Origin: an uncultured Gulosibacter sp.
GTDB taxonomy: Bacteria > Actinomycetota > Actinomycetes > Actinomycetales > Microbacteriaceae
Assembly (NCBI GenBank): GCA_964599975.1
Contig: CAZRHP010000002.1
Coordinates: 16,494 to 80,493, forward strand
DNA length: 64,000 bases
Direction of reading: 5' to 3'
The translations under genes and the position numbers were made by a program. Of this stretch, positions 1 through 10,222 are shown piece after piece. The notes under the pieces were generated by a model, which ran no database searches, was not told where the DNA came from, and saw only the letters and a list, made by a program, of their open reading frames with translations. The first letter of the stretch is position 1; every line of letters begins with the position of its first letter.

Positions 1-132
1 TGCATCACGTACGACTTCGATACCCTCGAGGACGCTGCCGTGACCGTGCGCGAGCGCGATTCGATGCAGCAGGAACGAGTATCACTGGATCGTCTGCAGG
101 CCTACCTTGCCGAGAGGCTTCTCGGAGCGTAA
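1..132 (+). CDS. glyQS: glycine--tRNA ligase, C-terminal fragment (gene begins upstream of window)
   Basis: Frame 1 reads [43 protein letters not shown], then TAA at 130-132. This resembles the class II GlyRS C-terminus. glyS-dus-dgt-dnaG synteny is typical of actinobacteria. Confidence 0.55.
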   Translation, partial: CITYDFDTLEDAAVTVRERDSMQQERVSLDRLQAYLAERLLGA

Positions 133-134
133 TC

Positions 135-1259
135 GTGCGTATCGGCTCGATCGAAACATCGGTCCCTGTGGTGCTTGCACCCATGGCCGGTATTACGAAC
201 ACCGCTTTTCGACGGTTGTGCCGAGAATACGGTGGAGGCCTCTTTGTCTCCGAGATGATCACGTCACGTGCGTTGGTCGAACGCACGCCGGAAACCATGC
301 GGCTGATCAAGCATCACCCGTCCGAGAAGCCACGTTCGATTCAGCTCTACGGCGTAGACCCCGCCACCATGGGCGCTGCCGCTCGCATCCTGGTAGAAGA
401 GGATTACGCCGACCATATTGACCTGAATTTCGGCTGCCCAGTCCCCAAGGTCACGCGCAAGGGCGGCGGTGCCGCACTGCCCTGGAAGTCCACACTTTTT
501 GGTCAGATTCTGCACGAAACGGTGTCCGCTGCGGGTGACGTACCCGTCACCATCAAGATGCGCATGGGAATCGATGACGACCATTTGACGTACCTTGACG
601 CCGCAAAAATTGCACAGGACGCGGGTGTAGCGGCCATCGGTCTGCACGCCAGAACCGCGGCCCAGCATTACTCGGGTAACGCTCAGTGGGACGCGATTCG
701 TACTCTTAAAGAGGCTGTCCCCGACATCCCCATCTTGGGTAACGGAGATATTTGGAGTGGTGCCGACGCCCGTCGTATGGTCGACGAAACGGGGTGCGAC
801 GGAGTTATCGTCGGGCGCGGGTGCCTCGGTCGGCCGTGGTTGTTTGCCGACTTGGAACATGCTTTTGGCGGCGAGGGCGAACTCGTCGAACCGAACCTCG
901 GATACGTTGCCGACGCTTTCCGTCGTCACGCCGAACTTCTTGTCGAGTTCTTTGAGGATGAGGGCAGGGGATGCCGCGACATCCGTAAGCACGTTGCCTG
1001 GTATTTCAAGGGGTATGCGGTGGGGGGAGAATCCCGCGCGAAACTGGCGGCTGTGGAATCATTGGCGCACATGGATGAATTGTTGTCGGAATTTGACCGC
1101 TCGGCACCGTACCCCGGTGTTGATGCCGAGGGTCAACGCGGCCGAGCGGGCTCGCCCAAGAAACCTGCATTGCCCGACGGTTGGCTCGTAAGTCGCGAGC
1201 TCGACCACAGCAGCATGAAAGATTTGACCGATACCGAATCGGGGCCGAGCGGTGGCTAA
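135..1259 (+). CDS. dus: tRNA-dihydrouridine synthase
   Basis: 374-aa ORF with Dus TIM-barrel motifs LAPMAGITNTAFRRL, DLNFGCP, IKMRMG and HARTAAQ. Confidence 0.9.
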   Translation: MRIGSIETSVPVVLAPMAGITNTAFRRLCREYGGGLFVSEMITSRALVERTPETMRLIKHHPSEKPRSIQLYGVDPATMGAAARILVEEDYADHIDLNFGCPVPKVTRKGGGAALPWKSTLFGQILHETVSAAGDVPVTIKMRMGIDDDHLTYLDAAKIAQDAGVAAIGLHARTAAQHYSGNAQWDAIRTLKEAVPDIPILGNGDIWSGADARRMVDETGCDGVIVGRGCLGRPWLFADLEHAFGGEGELVEPNLGYVADAFRRHAELLVEFFEDEGRGCRDIRKHVAWYFKGYAVGGESRAKLAAVESLAHMDELLSEFDRSAPYPGVDAEGQRGRAGSPKKPALPDGWLVSRELDHSSMKDLTDTESGPSGG

Positions 1260-2493
1260 CGAGTATTCCGAGCACGACACCGAGCGCGCATTTCGGGAAG
1301 GCAAAAAATCAGGACGCAGCGATTTTGCCCGTGACCGCGGACGTCTTTTGCACTCCAGCGCTTTGCGTCGTCTGTCCGCTAAAACCCAAGTCCTGTCACC
1401 CACCGCGGGTTTGGACTTTGCTCGTAACCGTCTGACGCATTCGCTCGAGGTTGCACAGGTTGGACGTGAAATTGCAGTGGCACTCGGGCTTGATCCCGAT
1501 CTGGTGGACACCGCCTGCCTCGCGCACGACCTGGGACATCCGCCATTCGGTCACAACGGTGAAAAGGCACTCAACGAATGGGCAAGTCCCTGGGGTGGTT
1601 TCGAGGGCAACGCCCAGACCCTGCGGCTCTTGACGAGGATTGAGCCGAAGGTGTTCAGCGCTGATGGACATTCCTATGGTCTCAATTTGACCCGTGCCAG
1701 CCTCGATGCGTCGTGCAAATATCCGTGGCCACAAGAAACCGGTGTCCTCGAGGCCGGTGGTCGGACGAAATTCGGTGTTTATTCCGATGATGTCGAAATA
1801 TTCGAGTGGATTCGCCGGGGAGCGCCTGATCGACAGCTGTGCAGCGAGGCTCAGGTCATGGACCTGTCGGACGATATCGGGTATTCGGTGCACGATTTCG
1901 AGGACGCCATCGTGAACGGCTACATCGATATTCACATTCTGGACTCCCGCGCAAATCACGATGAACTTGTCGATGCCATGGTCGAATGGGTCGGCGGCGA
2001 ACACACCCATGATGAACTTCTCGCGGCATTTGACCGCCTCGATGGATTAGACGACTGGATCACCGAGTGGGATGGATCTCGCCGTGACATGGCGCACCTC
2101 AAGAACCTTACGAGTACTCTGATTGGCCGTTTTGCACACGCGGCGACTCATGCCACCAAACACAGCGTTGAGGGTCACAATTTTGCTCGGTACTCGGCGA
2201 ACGTCATTGTGCCCCGCGAAACCCGTGCCGAAATTGCCGTGCTGAAGGGCATTGTCGCCGCCCACGTGATGAAGCACGAGTCACGCCAGCCCATCTATGC
2301 TCGCCAGCGTGAGATCCTGCAGGAGCTTGCCGAAGCGCTAGTCCAGCGTGGCCCATCGGCGTTGGAGTCGGGTTTCCGAGCCGATTTTCTTGCCGCGAAC
2401 ACCGAGGCAGGTCAGATGCGTGCGATCGTCGACCAAGTCGCCTCGTTGACCGATCAGTCGGCCATGGCCTGGCACGAACGCCTCGCACGGTAA
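1252..2493 (+). CDS. dgt: dGTP triphosphohydrolase-like HD-domain protein
   Basis: Carries RDRGRLLHSSALRRL and the HD motif HSLEVAQVGR...AHDLGHPPFGH. It overlaps the dus stop by 8 nt and lies upstream of dnaG, as in other actinobacteria. Confidence 0.9.
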   Translation: MANEYSEHDTERAFREGKKSGRSDFARDRGRLLHSSALRRLSAKTQVLSPTAGLDFARNRLTHSLEVAQVGREIAVALGLDPDLVDTACLAHDLGHPPFGHNGEKALNEWASPWGGFEGNAQTLRLLTRIEPKVFSADGHSYGLNLTRASLDASCKYPWPQETGVLEAGGRTKFGVYSDDVEIFEWIRRGAPDRQLCSEAQVMDLSDDIGYSVHDFEDAIVNGYIDIHILDSRANHDELVDAMVEWVGGEHTHDELLAAFDRLDGLDDWITEWDGSRRDMAHLKNLTSTLIGRFAHAATHATKHSVEGHNFARYSANVIVPRETRAEIAVLKGIVAAHVMKHESRQPIYARQREILQELAEALVQRGPSALESGFRADFLAANTEAGQMRAIVDQVASLTDQSAMAWHERLAR

Positions 2494-2526
2494 CCAAACC
2501 CTTGCCGTCGCGAATAGAATCGCAGA

Positions 2527-4446
2527 GTGGCGGGAATGATCAAACGGAGTGACCTCGATGAGCTTCGTTCGCGTGCCAACATTGTGGACATCGTCGGTGA
2601 TTACATCACCCTGAAACGTGCTGGTGTGGATTCGTTCAAGGGTTTGTGCCCGTTCCACGACGAGAAATCACCCAGTTTCCACGTTCGCCCTGGCTCCGGT
2701 TACTTCAACTGTTTTGGGTGTGGCGAGAAGGGCGACATGTACGCCTTTCTCATGAAGATTGACCACCTCAGCTTTATCGAATCCGCGGAGCGCATTGCCC
2801 AACGCGTGGGTTTCACATTGACATACGAGGACGGGCAAGGCCAACGGGACTCCGGTCAACGTGCGCGACTGCTCGAGGCGAACAAGGCGGCGGAGGACTT
2901 CTTCGTCGCGCAGTTGGCCACACCCGAGGCGGCGATGGCCCACGAATTCCTGTCGGGACGTGGTTTCGATCCCGCGGCGTGTTCCCATTTTCGTGTGGGA
3001 TTTTCGCCCAATTCCTACGATGCACTGAGCAAACATCTGCGGTCGTTGAAGTTCAGTGAACAGGAACTCGAAGCGGCGGGACTCGTGTCACGCGGCGACC
3101 GTGGCACCTACGATCGCTTTCGCGGTCGTGTCATGTGGCCCATCCGGGACACCACCGGCACCACGGTCGGATTCGGGGCTCGACGTCTGCGCGATGACGA
3201 CAAGGGGCCCAAGTACCTCAATACTCCCGACACGCCCGTGTATCACAAGTCGAAGGTGTTGTACGGAATCGACCTCGCGAAGCGCTCGATTGGCCGCGAC
3301 CGTCGTGTCGTCGTCGTCGAAGGCTACACCGATGTCATGGCCTGCCACTTGGCCGGAATCACGTCGGCCGTCGCAACTTGCGGCACTGCCTTTGGCCCCG
3401 ACCACGTATCTCTCATCCGTCGAATCCTGGGCGACATGAACGGTGTCGACAACAAGTCTCGTGGCGAGGTTATTTTCACGTTTGATCCCGATGAGGCCGG
3501 TCAAAAGGCGGCGTCAAAGGCTTTTGCCGAAGACACCAAGTTTGCCGCGAACACCTTCGTCGCTGTTGCACCGGACGGACTCGATCCCTGTGATTTGCGC
3601 ATTCAGCGCGGTGACGCATCTTTGGTCGCGACCATCGATGGTCGCAAGCCCATGTTTGAATTCATGATCCGCCGTGCAATCGAAACCTACGACTTGGAAA
3701 CCGTCGAGGGTCGTGTTGGTGCAATTCGTGCCGCAGCTCCAATTCTGTCGGGTATTCGTGACACGTCGGTCGTAGACGGTTATGTGCGCACCGTAGCGGG
3801 CTGGATTGGCGTCGAACCCGACGAAGTCCGCAATTCGTTCCGCCGAGGCTCGCGCGACATCACACCCGCCGTCCCGAAGCCCGTAGTCCAATCGCTGGAA
3901 TCTCCGTCGGCGCAGTCGTTTGAACGCAACCCCGTGTCGCGACTCGAGCGCGATGCCCTTGCCGTGATGCTGCAGTATCCCGCCATCGTGGGCATCGAAC
4001 GAGCGGGGGAAATTGTCGGGTGCCGGTTCTCTTACCCCGTGCTCGCATCCGTTCGTGATGCCATCGTTGCAAGTTTTGGTGACTACGGAACCCACAACTG
4101 GGTTTCTGCGGTCGAGGCGGCAGCCCCAGAAATCGTGGCGCCTCTCGTCATTCAACTCTCGATCATTCCGCTACCTATTCAGCGTGTGACCGAGGTGGTG
4201 CGCGATGACATGAGCCAGAACCAACGCGATGCCATTGCACAGCGCAACGCACAGCAGACGGACGCCAACTTGCGGCGCTATGTTACCGATGTCACCAATT
4301 CGATGCTCGATCGAAACCTCGCCTCGGCGACCGAGGAACTGATGGGGCGGCTCGCGCGATTGAATCCCGAATCCCCGGATTACCTGGGCGTACAGCAACA
4401 ACTCGCGGAAATTCATCGTCGCCGTGCCGCGTTGAAGGGGGAGTAG
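2527..4446 (+). CDS. dnaG: DNA primase
   Basis: 639 aa with zinc ribbon CPFHDEKSPSFHV..CFGCGEKGD, the primase core and Toprim EGYTDVMA. Confidence 0.95.
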   Translation: MAGMIKRSDLDELRSRANIVDIVGDYITLKRAGVDSFKGLCPFHDEKSPSFHVRPGSGYFNCFGCGEKGDMYAFLMKIDHLSFIESAERIAQRVGFTLTYEDGQGQRDSGQRARLLEANKAAEDFFVAQLATPEAAMAHEFLSGRGFDPAACSHFRVGFSPNSYDALSKHLRSLKFSEQELEAAGLVSRGDRGTYDRFRGRVMWPIRDTTGTTVGFGARRLRDDDKGPKYLNTPDTPVYHKSKVLYGIDLAKRSIGRDRRVVVVEGYTDVMACHLAGITSAVATCGTAFGPDHVSLIRRILGDMNGVDNKSRGEVIFTFDPDEAGQKAASKAFAEDTKFAANTFVAVAPDGLDPCDLRIQRGDASLVATIDGRKPMFEFMIRRAIETYDLETVEGRVGAIRAAAPILSGIRDTSVVDGYVRTVAGWIGVEPDEVRNSFRRGSRDITPAVPKPVVQSLESPSAQSFERNPVSRLERDALAVMLQYPAIVGIERAGEIVGCRFSYPVLASVRDAIVASFGDYGTHNWVSAVEAAAPEIVAPLVIQLSIIPLPIQRVTEVVRDDMSQNQRDAIAQRNAQQTDANLRRYVTDVTNSMLDRNLASATEELMGRLARLNPESPDYLGVQQQLAEIHRRRAALKGE

Positions 4447-4447
4447 C

Positions 4448-5458
4448 GTGGTTATCTCGTCACCGGATCGTCCACATCAGCATCTCGACCGCGATGGTTC
4501 CGGCGCACGTCAAACCGAACAGCGCATCATCCCCGGTCCGATTTCCGTTGCCCCCAGCCAGAACGCCATGTTTGTCTCGGCTGTTGAACGCGGGGGAGGC
4601 CAGGTGATCCCTCTGTCCGAGGACACCAGAGGTTTGGTTTGGCTCAGCGAAAAGCGAGCAGACGAACTTGCCGCCATTCTGCATGAGCACCCACAGATTT
4701 CCTGGGTGCAATTGCCGTGGGCCGGCGTTGACGGTTTCGCGAAGATTTTCTCCGAGTTGGATCACGATTCCGCCCCCTTGTTTACCTCGGCCAAGGGGTC
4801 GTATTCCGAACCCGTAGCGGAACATGCCCTCATGTTGACACTGTCTTTGCTGCGTGAATTGCCATCCAAGGCGCGCGATGCGGTGTGGGCCACCGAACGG
4901 ACGGGACTATCCCTCTACGCCAACAACATTGTCATTGTCGGAGCTGGCGGTATCACGACCGAATTGCTATCGCTCTTAGCCCCGTTTAGGCCCAACATCA
5001 CTGTCGTACGCAGAAAGGCCGAACCAATGCCGGGCGCGCAGTCCACCGTGACTGCGGCACACCTTGACGACATTCTGCCCACCGCCGACGTGGTAATCGT
5101 TGCCGCTGCGGCAACCGGCGAAACGGACAAAATGTTCGATGAACGCAGGTTGTCACTTCTGCCAGCCCATGCCGTACTCGTCAATATTGCTCGGGGCTCT
5201 TTGGTGGATACTGACGCGCTGCATGCCGCTCTTCGTGCGCAAATGCTCTGGGGTGCGGGGCTGGACGTCACCATGCCGGAGCCTCTCCCCGCCAACCATC
5301 CGCTGTGGGACGAGCCTCGTTGTGTCATCACCTCCCACTCCGCAGATACGCCATTGATGACCGCACACCTTCTGGCCAGCCGAATTTCCGACAACGTTGC
5401 CGCCTTTATGGCCGAAAAGCCGCTGCGTGGCATCGTTGATACCCGCGCTGGTTATTAG
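4448..5458 (+). CDS. D-isomer-specific 2-hydroxyacid dehydrogenase family protein
   Basis: NAD-binding VGAGGIT, C-terminal NIARGSLVD and TSHSA motifs. The true start may lie downstream of the GTG at 4448. Confidence 0.8.
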   Translation: MVISSPDRPHQHLDRDGSGARQTEQRIIPGPISVAPSQNAMFVSAVERGGGQVIPLSEDTRGLVWLSEKRADELAAILHEHPQISWVQLPWAGVDGFAKIFSELDHDSAPLFTSAKGSYSEPVAEHALMLTLSLLRELPSKARDAVWATERTGLSLYANNIVIVGAGGITTELLSLLAPFRPNITVVRRKAEPMPGAQSTVTAAHLDDILPTADVVIVAAAATGETDKMFDERRLSLLPAHAVLVNIARGSLVDTDALHAALRAQMLWGAGLDVTMPEPLPANHPLWDEPRCVITSHSADTPLMTAHLLASRISDNVAAFMAEKPLRGIVDTRAGY

Positions 5459-5498
5459 CGCGAAAATTTTTGGTATAGTAATAACCACGCGCAAGCGA

Positions 5499-5574
5499 TC
5501 CTCGATAGCTCAATTGGCAGAGCAATCGGCTGTTAACCGATAGGTTCTTGGTTCGAGTCCAAGTCGGGGAGCCA
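5499..5574 (+). tRNA. tRNA-Asn (anticodon GTT), CCA encoded
   Basis: The cloverleaf was folded by hand. Acceptor stem is TCCTCGA/TCGGGGA, D stem GCTC/GAGC and anticodon stem ATCGG/CCGAT. The anticodon loop is CTGTTAA (GTT at 5532-5534) and the T arm is CTTGG-TTCGAGT-CCAAG. Confidence 0.95.
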
Positions 5575-5628
5575 TTTAACACAAACAGACTTTTCTGTTT
5601 GCGACATCACTGCACGAAGGAGTGTTGC

Positions 5629-6516
5629 ATGGCGGAATGGGGCACGGTCACCATGACTTTTGCCGCAATTTCCGCAGTACTTGCAACACTCCTCGTCATT
5701 GCTGTGCGTCTGTGGCGTGTCGCGGCAGCTCGTGCCGAAAGCTTCGGCATCGAGGCGCGCTCCATCGTTGATGACCGTGCCCTTCTGCGACTGAACGTCG
5801 CGGAACTCGGTGATCACCTGCGCATCGTCCACGAACAGCAGGCCGTTGTGGCCCATGACCTAGTGACTCTGGTGGCTAAGTCCGAGAGCGCGGCGTTTAT
5901 TAACCCATCAAATTTGGACGCACTGTCCCGTCACGCCGCCGCAATTACGGCGCAATCTCGAGCCGCGTTGACGGATCTGCGTCGTGCGATGACGATTTCG
6001 TTGCAGGGATTCGATTCAGTCTCGGCTTGGCCCACATTGGAAACCATCGCTGAACTGTTTGCCGAGGTCGAGCGTTCAGGTCTGGTCATTGATTTCACGG
6101 AATCTGGCACTCGTTTCCCCCTGTCGCCCTCGGCAGAGTTGGCGGTGTATCGGATCGTCCACGAGGCCCTCGACAACGCTCGTCGTCACGGTGGACCGGG
6201 TACCGAGGTTGCCGTCTCGATTGTGTGGTCAGCGGATGGATTAGCTCTCAAGATTGAGGACGACGGTGTTCGCGCCGAAGCGCGTCGATTAGCAGCGCAG
6301 GGTGTCCCGGATGATTCCCTCGACGTGACAATTGAATCCGATCAACGTGCACTCGTCGAAGACACCACGGGTCGTGGCATCAGCGAAATGAAATCACGAG
6401 CCGCCGCATTTGACGGAGTCATTGTCACCCAACGTGTCCCCGGGGTGGGATTCAGCCTGACCGCGTCGTTCCCTGCGCTTCGTTACGCCCTCGACCCCAA
6501 AATTTCGAGCGAGTAA
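5629..6516 (+). CDS. sensor histidine kinase-like protein (HisKA_3-type helix plus HATPase_c), orphan
   Basis: N-terminal TM segment, RIVHEQQAVVAHDL helix, N-box HEALDNARRHG and G-box TGRGISEM. I moved the start to ATG 5629 (GAAGGAG upstream) because the TTG at 5548 overlaps tRNA-Asn. Confidence 0.7.
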   Translation: MAEWGTVTMTFAAISAVLATLLVIAVRLWRVAAARAESFGIEARSIVDDRALLRLNVAELGDHLRIVHEQQAVVAHDLVTLVAKSESAAFINPSNLDALSRHAAAITAQSRAALTDLRRAMTISLQGFDSVSAWPTLETIAELFAEVERSGLVIDFTESGTRFPLSPSAELAVYRIVHEALDNARRHGGPGTEVAVSIVWSADGLALKIEDDGVRAEARRLAAQGVPDDSLDVTIESDQRALVEDTTGRGISEMKSRAAAFDGVIVTQRVPGVGFSLTASFPALRYALDPKISSE

Positions 6517-6522
6517 CTGACA

Positions 6523-7197
6523 ATGGACGCCACAACTCGCACCACGGTTTCGACGGGGATTGGCGTTGCCGCTGCGGTCAGTCTCTATGGAATTTCGTTT
6601 GGTGCACTGTCCGTCGCTAGCGGTCTTGATATCTGGCAGACGCAGTTCCTCAGCATCGTCATGTTCTCGGGCGGCTCACAGTTTGCGGTGATTGGCTTGA
6701 TCGCATCGGGGGCGGCTGGTGGATCAGCAATCGCTTCCGCTGCTTTGCTGGGCGTTCGCAACACCCTGTATGCCGTCACAATGGCCCCGACGATTGGTCC
6801 TGGCCGCTGGAAGCGTCTGCTCGCGGGGCAGCTCACAATCGACGAGAGTACTGCGGTTTCGCTGGCCCAGACCGAGCCCGCGCAGAAGCGGGTGGGCTTC
6901 TGGGTGACCGGTGCCGGCGTGTTCATCGGTTGGAATGCCATGACGTTCGTGGGCGCGATGCTCGGTGACGCTGTGGGCGATATGCGCGCCTATGGTCTGG
7001 ATGCAGCTGCTGCAGCGGCCTTCCTCGCGCTGCTGTGGCCCCGGTTAACGGCAAAGGACCCCATCGTGATCGCGGTTGTTGCTGCGGTCGTCACGGTCAT
7101 CGCGATCCCCGTTGTGCCCCCTGGTGTGCCTGTTCTCGTCGCTGCCGCCGTGGGATTGTGCGCGGGAATCCTCCTCAACCGAGGTGCGCGATTATGA
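6523..7197 (+). CDS. azlC: AzlC-family branched-chain amino acid exporter subunit
   Basis: 224-aa polytopic membrane protein. ATGA stop/start overlap with a small AzlD-like partner. Confidence 0.8.
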   Translation: MDATTRTTVSTGIGVAAAVSLYGISFGALSVASGLDIWQTQFLSIVMFSGGSQFAVIGLIASGAAGGSAIASAALLGVRNTLYAVTMAPTIGPGRWKRLLAGQLTIDESTAVSLAQTEPAQKRVGFWVTGAGVFIGWNAMTFVGAMLGDAVGDMRAYGLDAAAAAAFLALLWPRLTAKDPIVIAVVAAVVTVIAIPVVPPGVPVLVAAAVGLCAGILLNRGARL

Positions 7198-7508
7198 CAA
7201 TCTGGAACACAGTAATTCTTGCGTCAATCGCGGTAATGGCTCTGAAGTTAATTGGCTACGTCGTTCCCGCATCGTTCGGGGAAATCCCCGTGGTTCAGCG
7301 TCTCAGCTCGGTTCTCACCGTTTCGTTGTTGGCCTCACTCGTCATAATCCAGACCCTGGCCGCTGATGGGGGAGTCACCGTCGATGCACGTGTCGCCGCC
7401 GTGTTTTCCGCCGCGGGGATGCTGATGCTCCGTGCGCCGTTCATCGTTGTTGTACTCGTGGCCGCCGCCCTTGCCGCACTGCTGCGATTTACGGGCGTTA
7501 TGGTTTAG
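7194..7508 (+). CDS. azlD: AzlD-family small membrane protein
   Basis: 104-aa hydrophobic protein starting MTIWNTVILASIAV at ATG 7194, overlapping the azlC stop. Confidence 0.75.
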   Translation: MTIWNTVILASIAVMALKLIGYVVPASFGEIPVVQRLSSVLTVSLLASLVIIQTLAADGGVTVDARVAAVFSAAGMLMLRAPFIVVVLVAAALAALLRFTGVMV

Positions 7509-8071
7509 TCCTCGAGGTTGTCGACGCCGGGCATCCACGAGTAGCCAGGTTTGCCCCAACCAGCACGTCGGATTTCACGTCGAGCCTGAGTCAGTCTCGG
7601 TTCGCTCAATCGGTCAACGTAGAGAATTCCCAGCAGATGGTCATACTCGTGCTGAAATATTCGGGCCAACCAACCGCGTGCGTCGATGGTGTACTGCTGA
7701 CCTTCGAGGTTCGTTGCGGTCAACACTGCGTGGTGTGAACGACGCAACCCGAACCGTTCACCGGGTACAGAGAGGCAGCCCTCGGCTTCCTCATCGTCAT
7801 CGAGTGGTTCGTTGCCCGTGGGCTCGATCAATACAACAGGATTGATGGCGACACCCTCTTGCAGGACTTCGTTTTCGTCCTCCCATCGCCAGACAAATAA
7901 CGCCAGATCGACACCGATCTGAGGCGCGGCCAAACCCACACCGGGGGCTGCTTCCATGGTCTCGAACATGTCCGAAACCAGTTCGCGAATGTCATCGGTG
8001 ATGGGCCCAACCGGGGCCGAGGGACGGTGAAGAACGGGTTCGCCCGTGATGCAGATGGTGTGTATTGCCAC
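7505..8071 (-). CDS. def: peptide deformylase
   Basis: Metal-site motifs GLAAPQIG, EGCLSVPG and QHEYDHL. Confidence 0.93.
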   Translation of the reverse strand: MAIHTICITGEPVLHRPSAPVGPITDDIRELVSDMFETMEAAPGVGLAAPQIGVDLALFVWRWEDENEVLQEGVAINPVVLIEPTGNEPLDDDEEAEGCLSVPGERFGLRRSHHAVLTATNLEGQQYTIDARGWLARIFQHEYDHLLGILYVDRLSEPRLTQARREIRRAGWGKPGYSWMPGVDNLED

Positions 8072-8104
8072 AGCAATAGCCTACCTTTTCGTTACGCTAG
8101 AAAT

Positions 8105-9022
8105 ATGAGTTCCGAGCTGACAGATCTGGTCGACCAGATTTCGCTCACCCCGTATCAGGCCATCGGAATCCCTATTGCACTTGTTGGTGCCGTATTCCTG
8201 TCAGTCGGAGCTCAGTTGCAGCATCGCGGTGTCGGCAAAGTCGAGGACCAGCATGGTGATGGCACCAAAAATGGACTTTCGCTACGACAGCTTGTGCAGC
8301 TCGCACAGCGCCCGTCATGGCTCTTTGGTTCACTCATGCTGGGACTGGCCATCGTATTTCAGCTGGTGTCGCTTGGCTTTGCACCTCTTATCGTTGTTCA
8401 ACCCTTGGGCGTCGTTGCGATGGTGCTCACCAACGTAATTAATTCCAGAGTCATCGGAGTGCGGCCCGACCGCAAGGTGACGCAATCCATTGCACTCGCT
8501 GTCGGCAGTATCGGTATCTTCGTGACCATTTCGGCGGTCTATGCGGTGGAACATCCCTTTACCGCTCAGCAGCTCTGGACCATCGTCATTTTGTTGTTGG
8601 CCGTCCTTTTCGTCACTCTTACCGCATTTGCGGTGTTCCGCGATCGCCTTCGCGCCATGTTCTACATCGTCGCTGCGGGAATTCTCTACGGTTTTGTGGT
8701 CACGCTGGCGAAGGTCGTTATCAATCGAGTTCAGACGGGTCAGATTGACATGCTGATTGTCGTCTGCATTGTTGCTCTGGTTTCCGCGGTTCTTCTGGGC
8801 GGTTACTTTGTCCAAACCGCCTACTCGGTGGGATCACCCGATCTCGTCATTGCAGGACTCACGGTTGTTGATCCCCTCGTCGCCGTGGGCATTGCTGTCG
8901 TAGTTCTGGGCGAGGCGCAGAACTTCCCGCCTCTCGCCGTTGTGGGGTTCGTCGTTGCCGGCGTCGCCGCGATCTTCGCTGTCGTTCGACTCGCCCGGCA
9001 TCACCCACAGACGCACCGCTGA
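8105..9022 (+). CDS. DMT/NIPA-like polytopic membrane protein
   Basis: About 9-10 hydrophobic helices. Start is ATG 8105 (MSSELTDLV), because the upstream extension overlaps the def start. Confidence 0.6.
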   Translation: MSSELTDLVDQISLTPYQAIGIPIALVGAVFLSVGAQLQHRGVGKVEDQHGDGTKNGLSLRQLVQLAQRPSWLFGSLMLGLAIVFQLVSLGFAPLIVVQPLGVVAMVLTNVINSRVIGVRPDRKVTQSIALAVGSIGIFVTISAVYAVEHPFTAQQLWTIVILLLAVLFVTLTAFAVFRDRLRAMFYIVAAGILYGFVVTLAKVVINRVQTGQIDMLIVVCIVALVSAVLLGGYFVQTAYSVGSPDLVIAGLTVVDPLVAVGIAVVVLGEAQNFPPLAVVGFVVAGVAAIFAVVRLARHHPQTHR

Positions 9023-9064
9023 TTTTGGTAGCCTGTAGATATCTTCTGACGAATAGAACAGCAC

Positions 9065-10222
9065 GTGACTGAACATAAACCCCTGAAAATCCTCATCGGC
9101 TGCGACACCTTTGCCCCCGATGTGAACGGTGCCGCAAAGTTCACTGTGCGCTTGGCCGCAGGGCTCGTGCACCGGGGCCACGAGGTCATTGTCGCGGCCC
9201 CGTCGCCCGATATTCACTGGGGAACACGTCACGAGACCCATGATGGCGCACAGATGACCGTCTATCGCCTTCGTTCGTGGAAGTGGTTCAACCACCCGTG
9301 GCTGCGTTTTGCTCTTCCCTGGGAGGGTTTCTACAATTCCGCTCGAATCCTCGATGAGGTAAAGCCGGACGTCGTGCACATCCAATCGCACATCAACGTT
9401 GGCTACACACTGGTTCGTGCCGCACGCAAACGCGGCATTCGTATCGTCGCAACGAACCACTTCATGCCCGACAACGCTGTGCAGTTCGTTCCAGTTCCCA
9501 ATTTTGTTCGTAACGCACTGGCGTGGGTTGCGTGGCAAATCGCGGCGGGAACCTACCGCCTCGTCGACGCAGTCACGACGCCCACCCGTCGTGCCGCGGA
9601 CTACCTCGAAAACAACACGCACATTACCGATGTCCAGGCCATCTCCTGCGGTCTAAACGTCAGCGCCTACCGTCCCGTTATTGGTGTCCGTTCCCAGCCC
9701 AACGCCGTTTTCGTTGGCCGGCTGGAATTGGAAAAGCACATTGACGATTTCCTCCGTGCACTGGCGTCAATCGATGATCTCAACCTCACCGCGACCATTG
9801 TGGGTCTCGGTGACGACAAGCCACGACTCATGAAACTCTCGTCCAGTCTTGGGCTTGATGACCGCATCACGTACATGGGCCATGTCACGGACGAGGTCAT
9901 CGTCGACACTCTGAGCAAGGCCACCGTGTTCGTGATGCCGTCGACCGCCGAACTGCAGTCCATCGCAACGATGGAGGCTATGGCCAGCGGGTTGCCGATT
10001 GTTGCGGCCGACGCGATGGCATTGCCTCATTTGGTTCACGACGGCGAGAACGGCTACCTCTTCGAGGCGCGAAACTGGCAGGAACTGGCCCAGAAACTGC
10101 GCGCCGTCGTTACGGCACCTGCGGCTGAGTACGAGGCCTTCCAGAAGGAGTCCTTGGCCATCGTTCAGGATCACGACATCGAAACCACGTTACAGACCTT
10201 CGAGGGCCTCTACCGGGGTTAA
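9065..10222 (+). CDS. glycosyltransferase family 4 (GT-B)
   Basis: 385 aa. N-terminal ILIGCDTFAPDVNGAA and C-terminal E-x7-E region PSTAELQSIATMEAMASGLPIV. Confidence 0.85.
   Translation: MTEHKPLKILIGCDTFAPDVNGAAKFTVRLAAGLVHRGHEVIVAAPSPDIHWGTRHETHDGAQMTVYRLRSWKWFNHPWLRFALPWEGFYNSARILDEVKPDVVHIQSHINVGYTLVRAARKRGIRIVATNHFMPDNAVQFVPVPNFVRNALAWVAWQIAAGTYRLVDAVTTPTRRAADYLENNTHITDVQAISCGLNVSAYRPVIGVRSQPNAVFVGRLELEKHIDDFLRALASIDDLNLTATIVGLGDDKPRLMKLSSSLGLDDRITYMGHVTDEVIVDTLSKATVFVMPSTAELQSIATMEAMASGLPIVAADAMALPHLVHDGENGYLFEARNWQELAQKLRAVVTAPAAEYEAFQKESLAIVQDHDIETTLQTFEGLYRG

Noticed and set aside
5548-5628. TTG-initiated extension of the histidine-kinase ORF.
   Set aside because: It overlaps the 3' half of tRNA-Asn. 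ATG 5629 has a GAAGGAG RBS.
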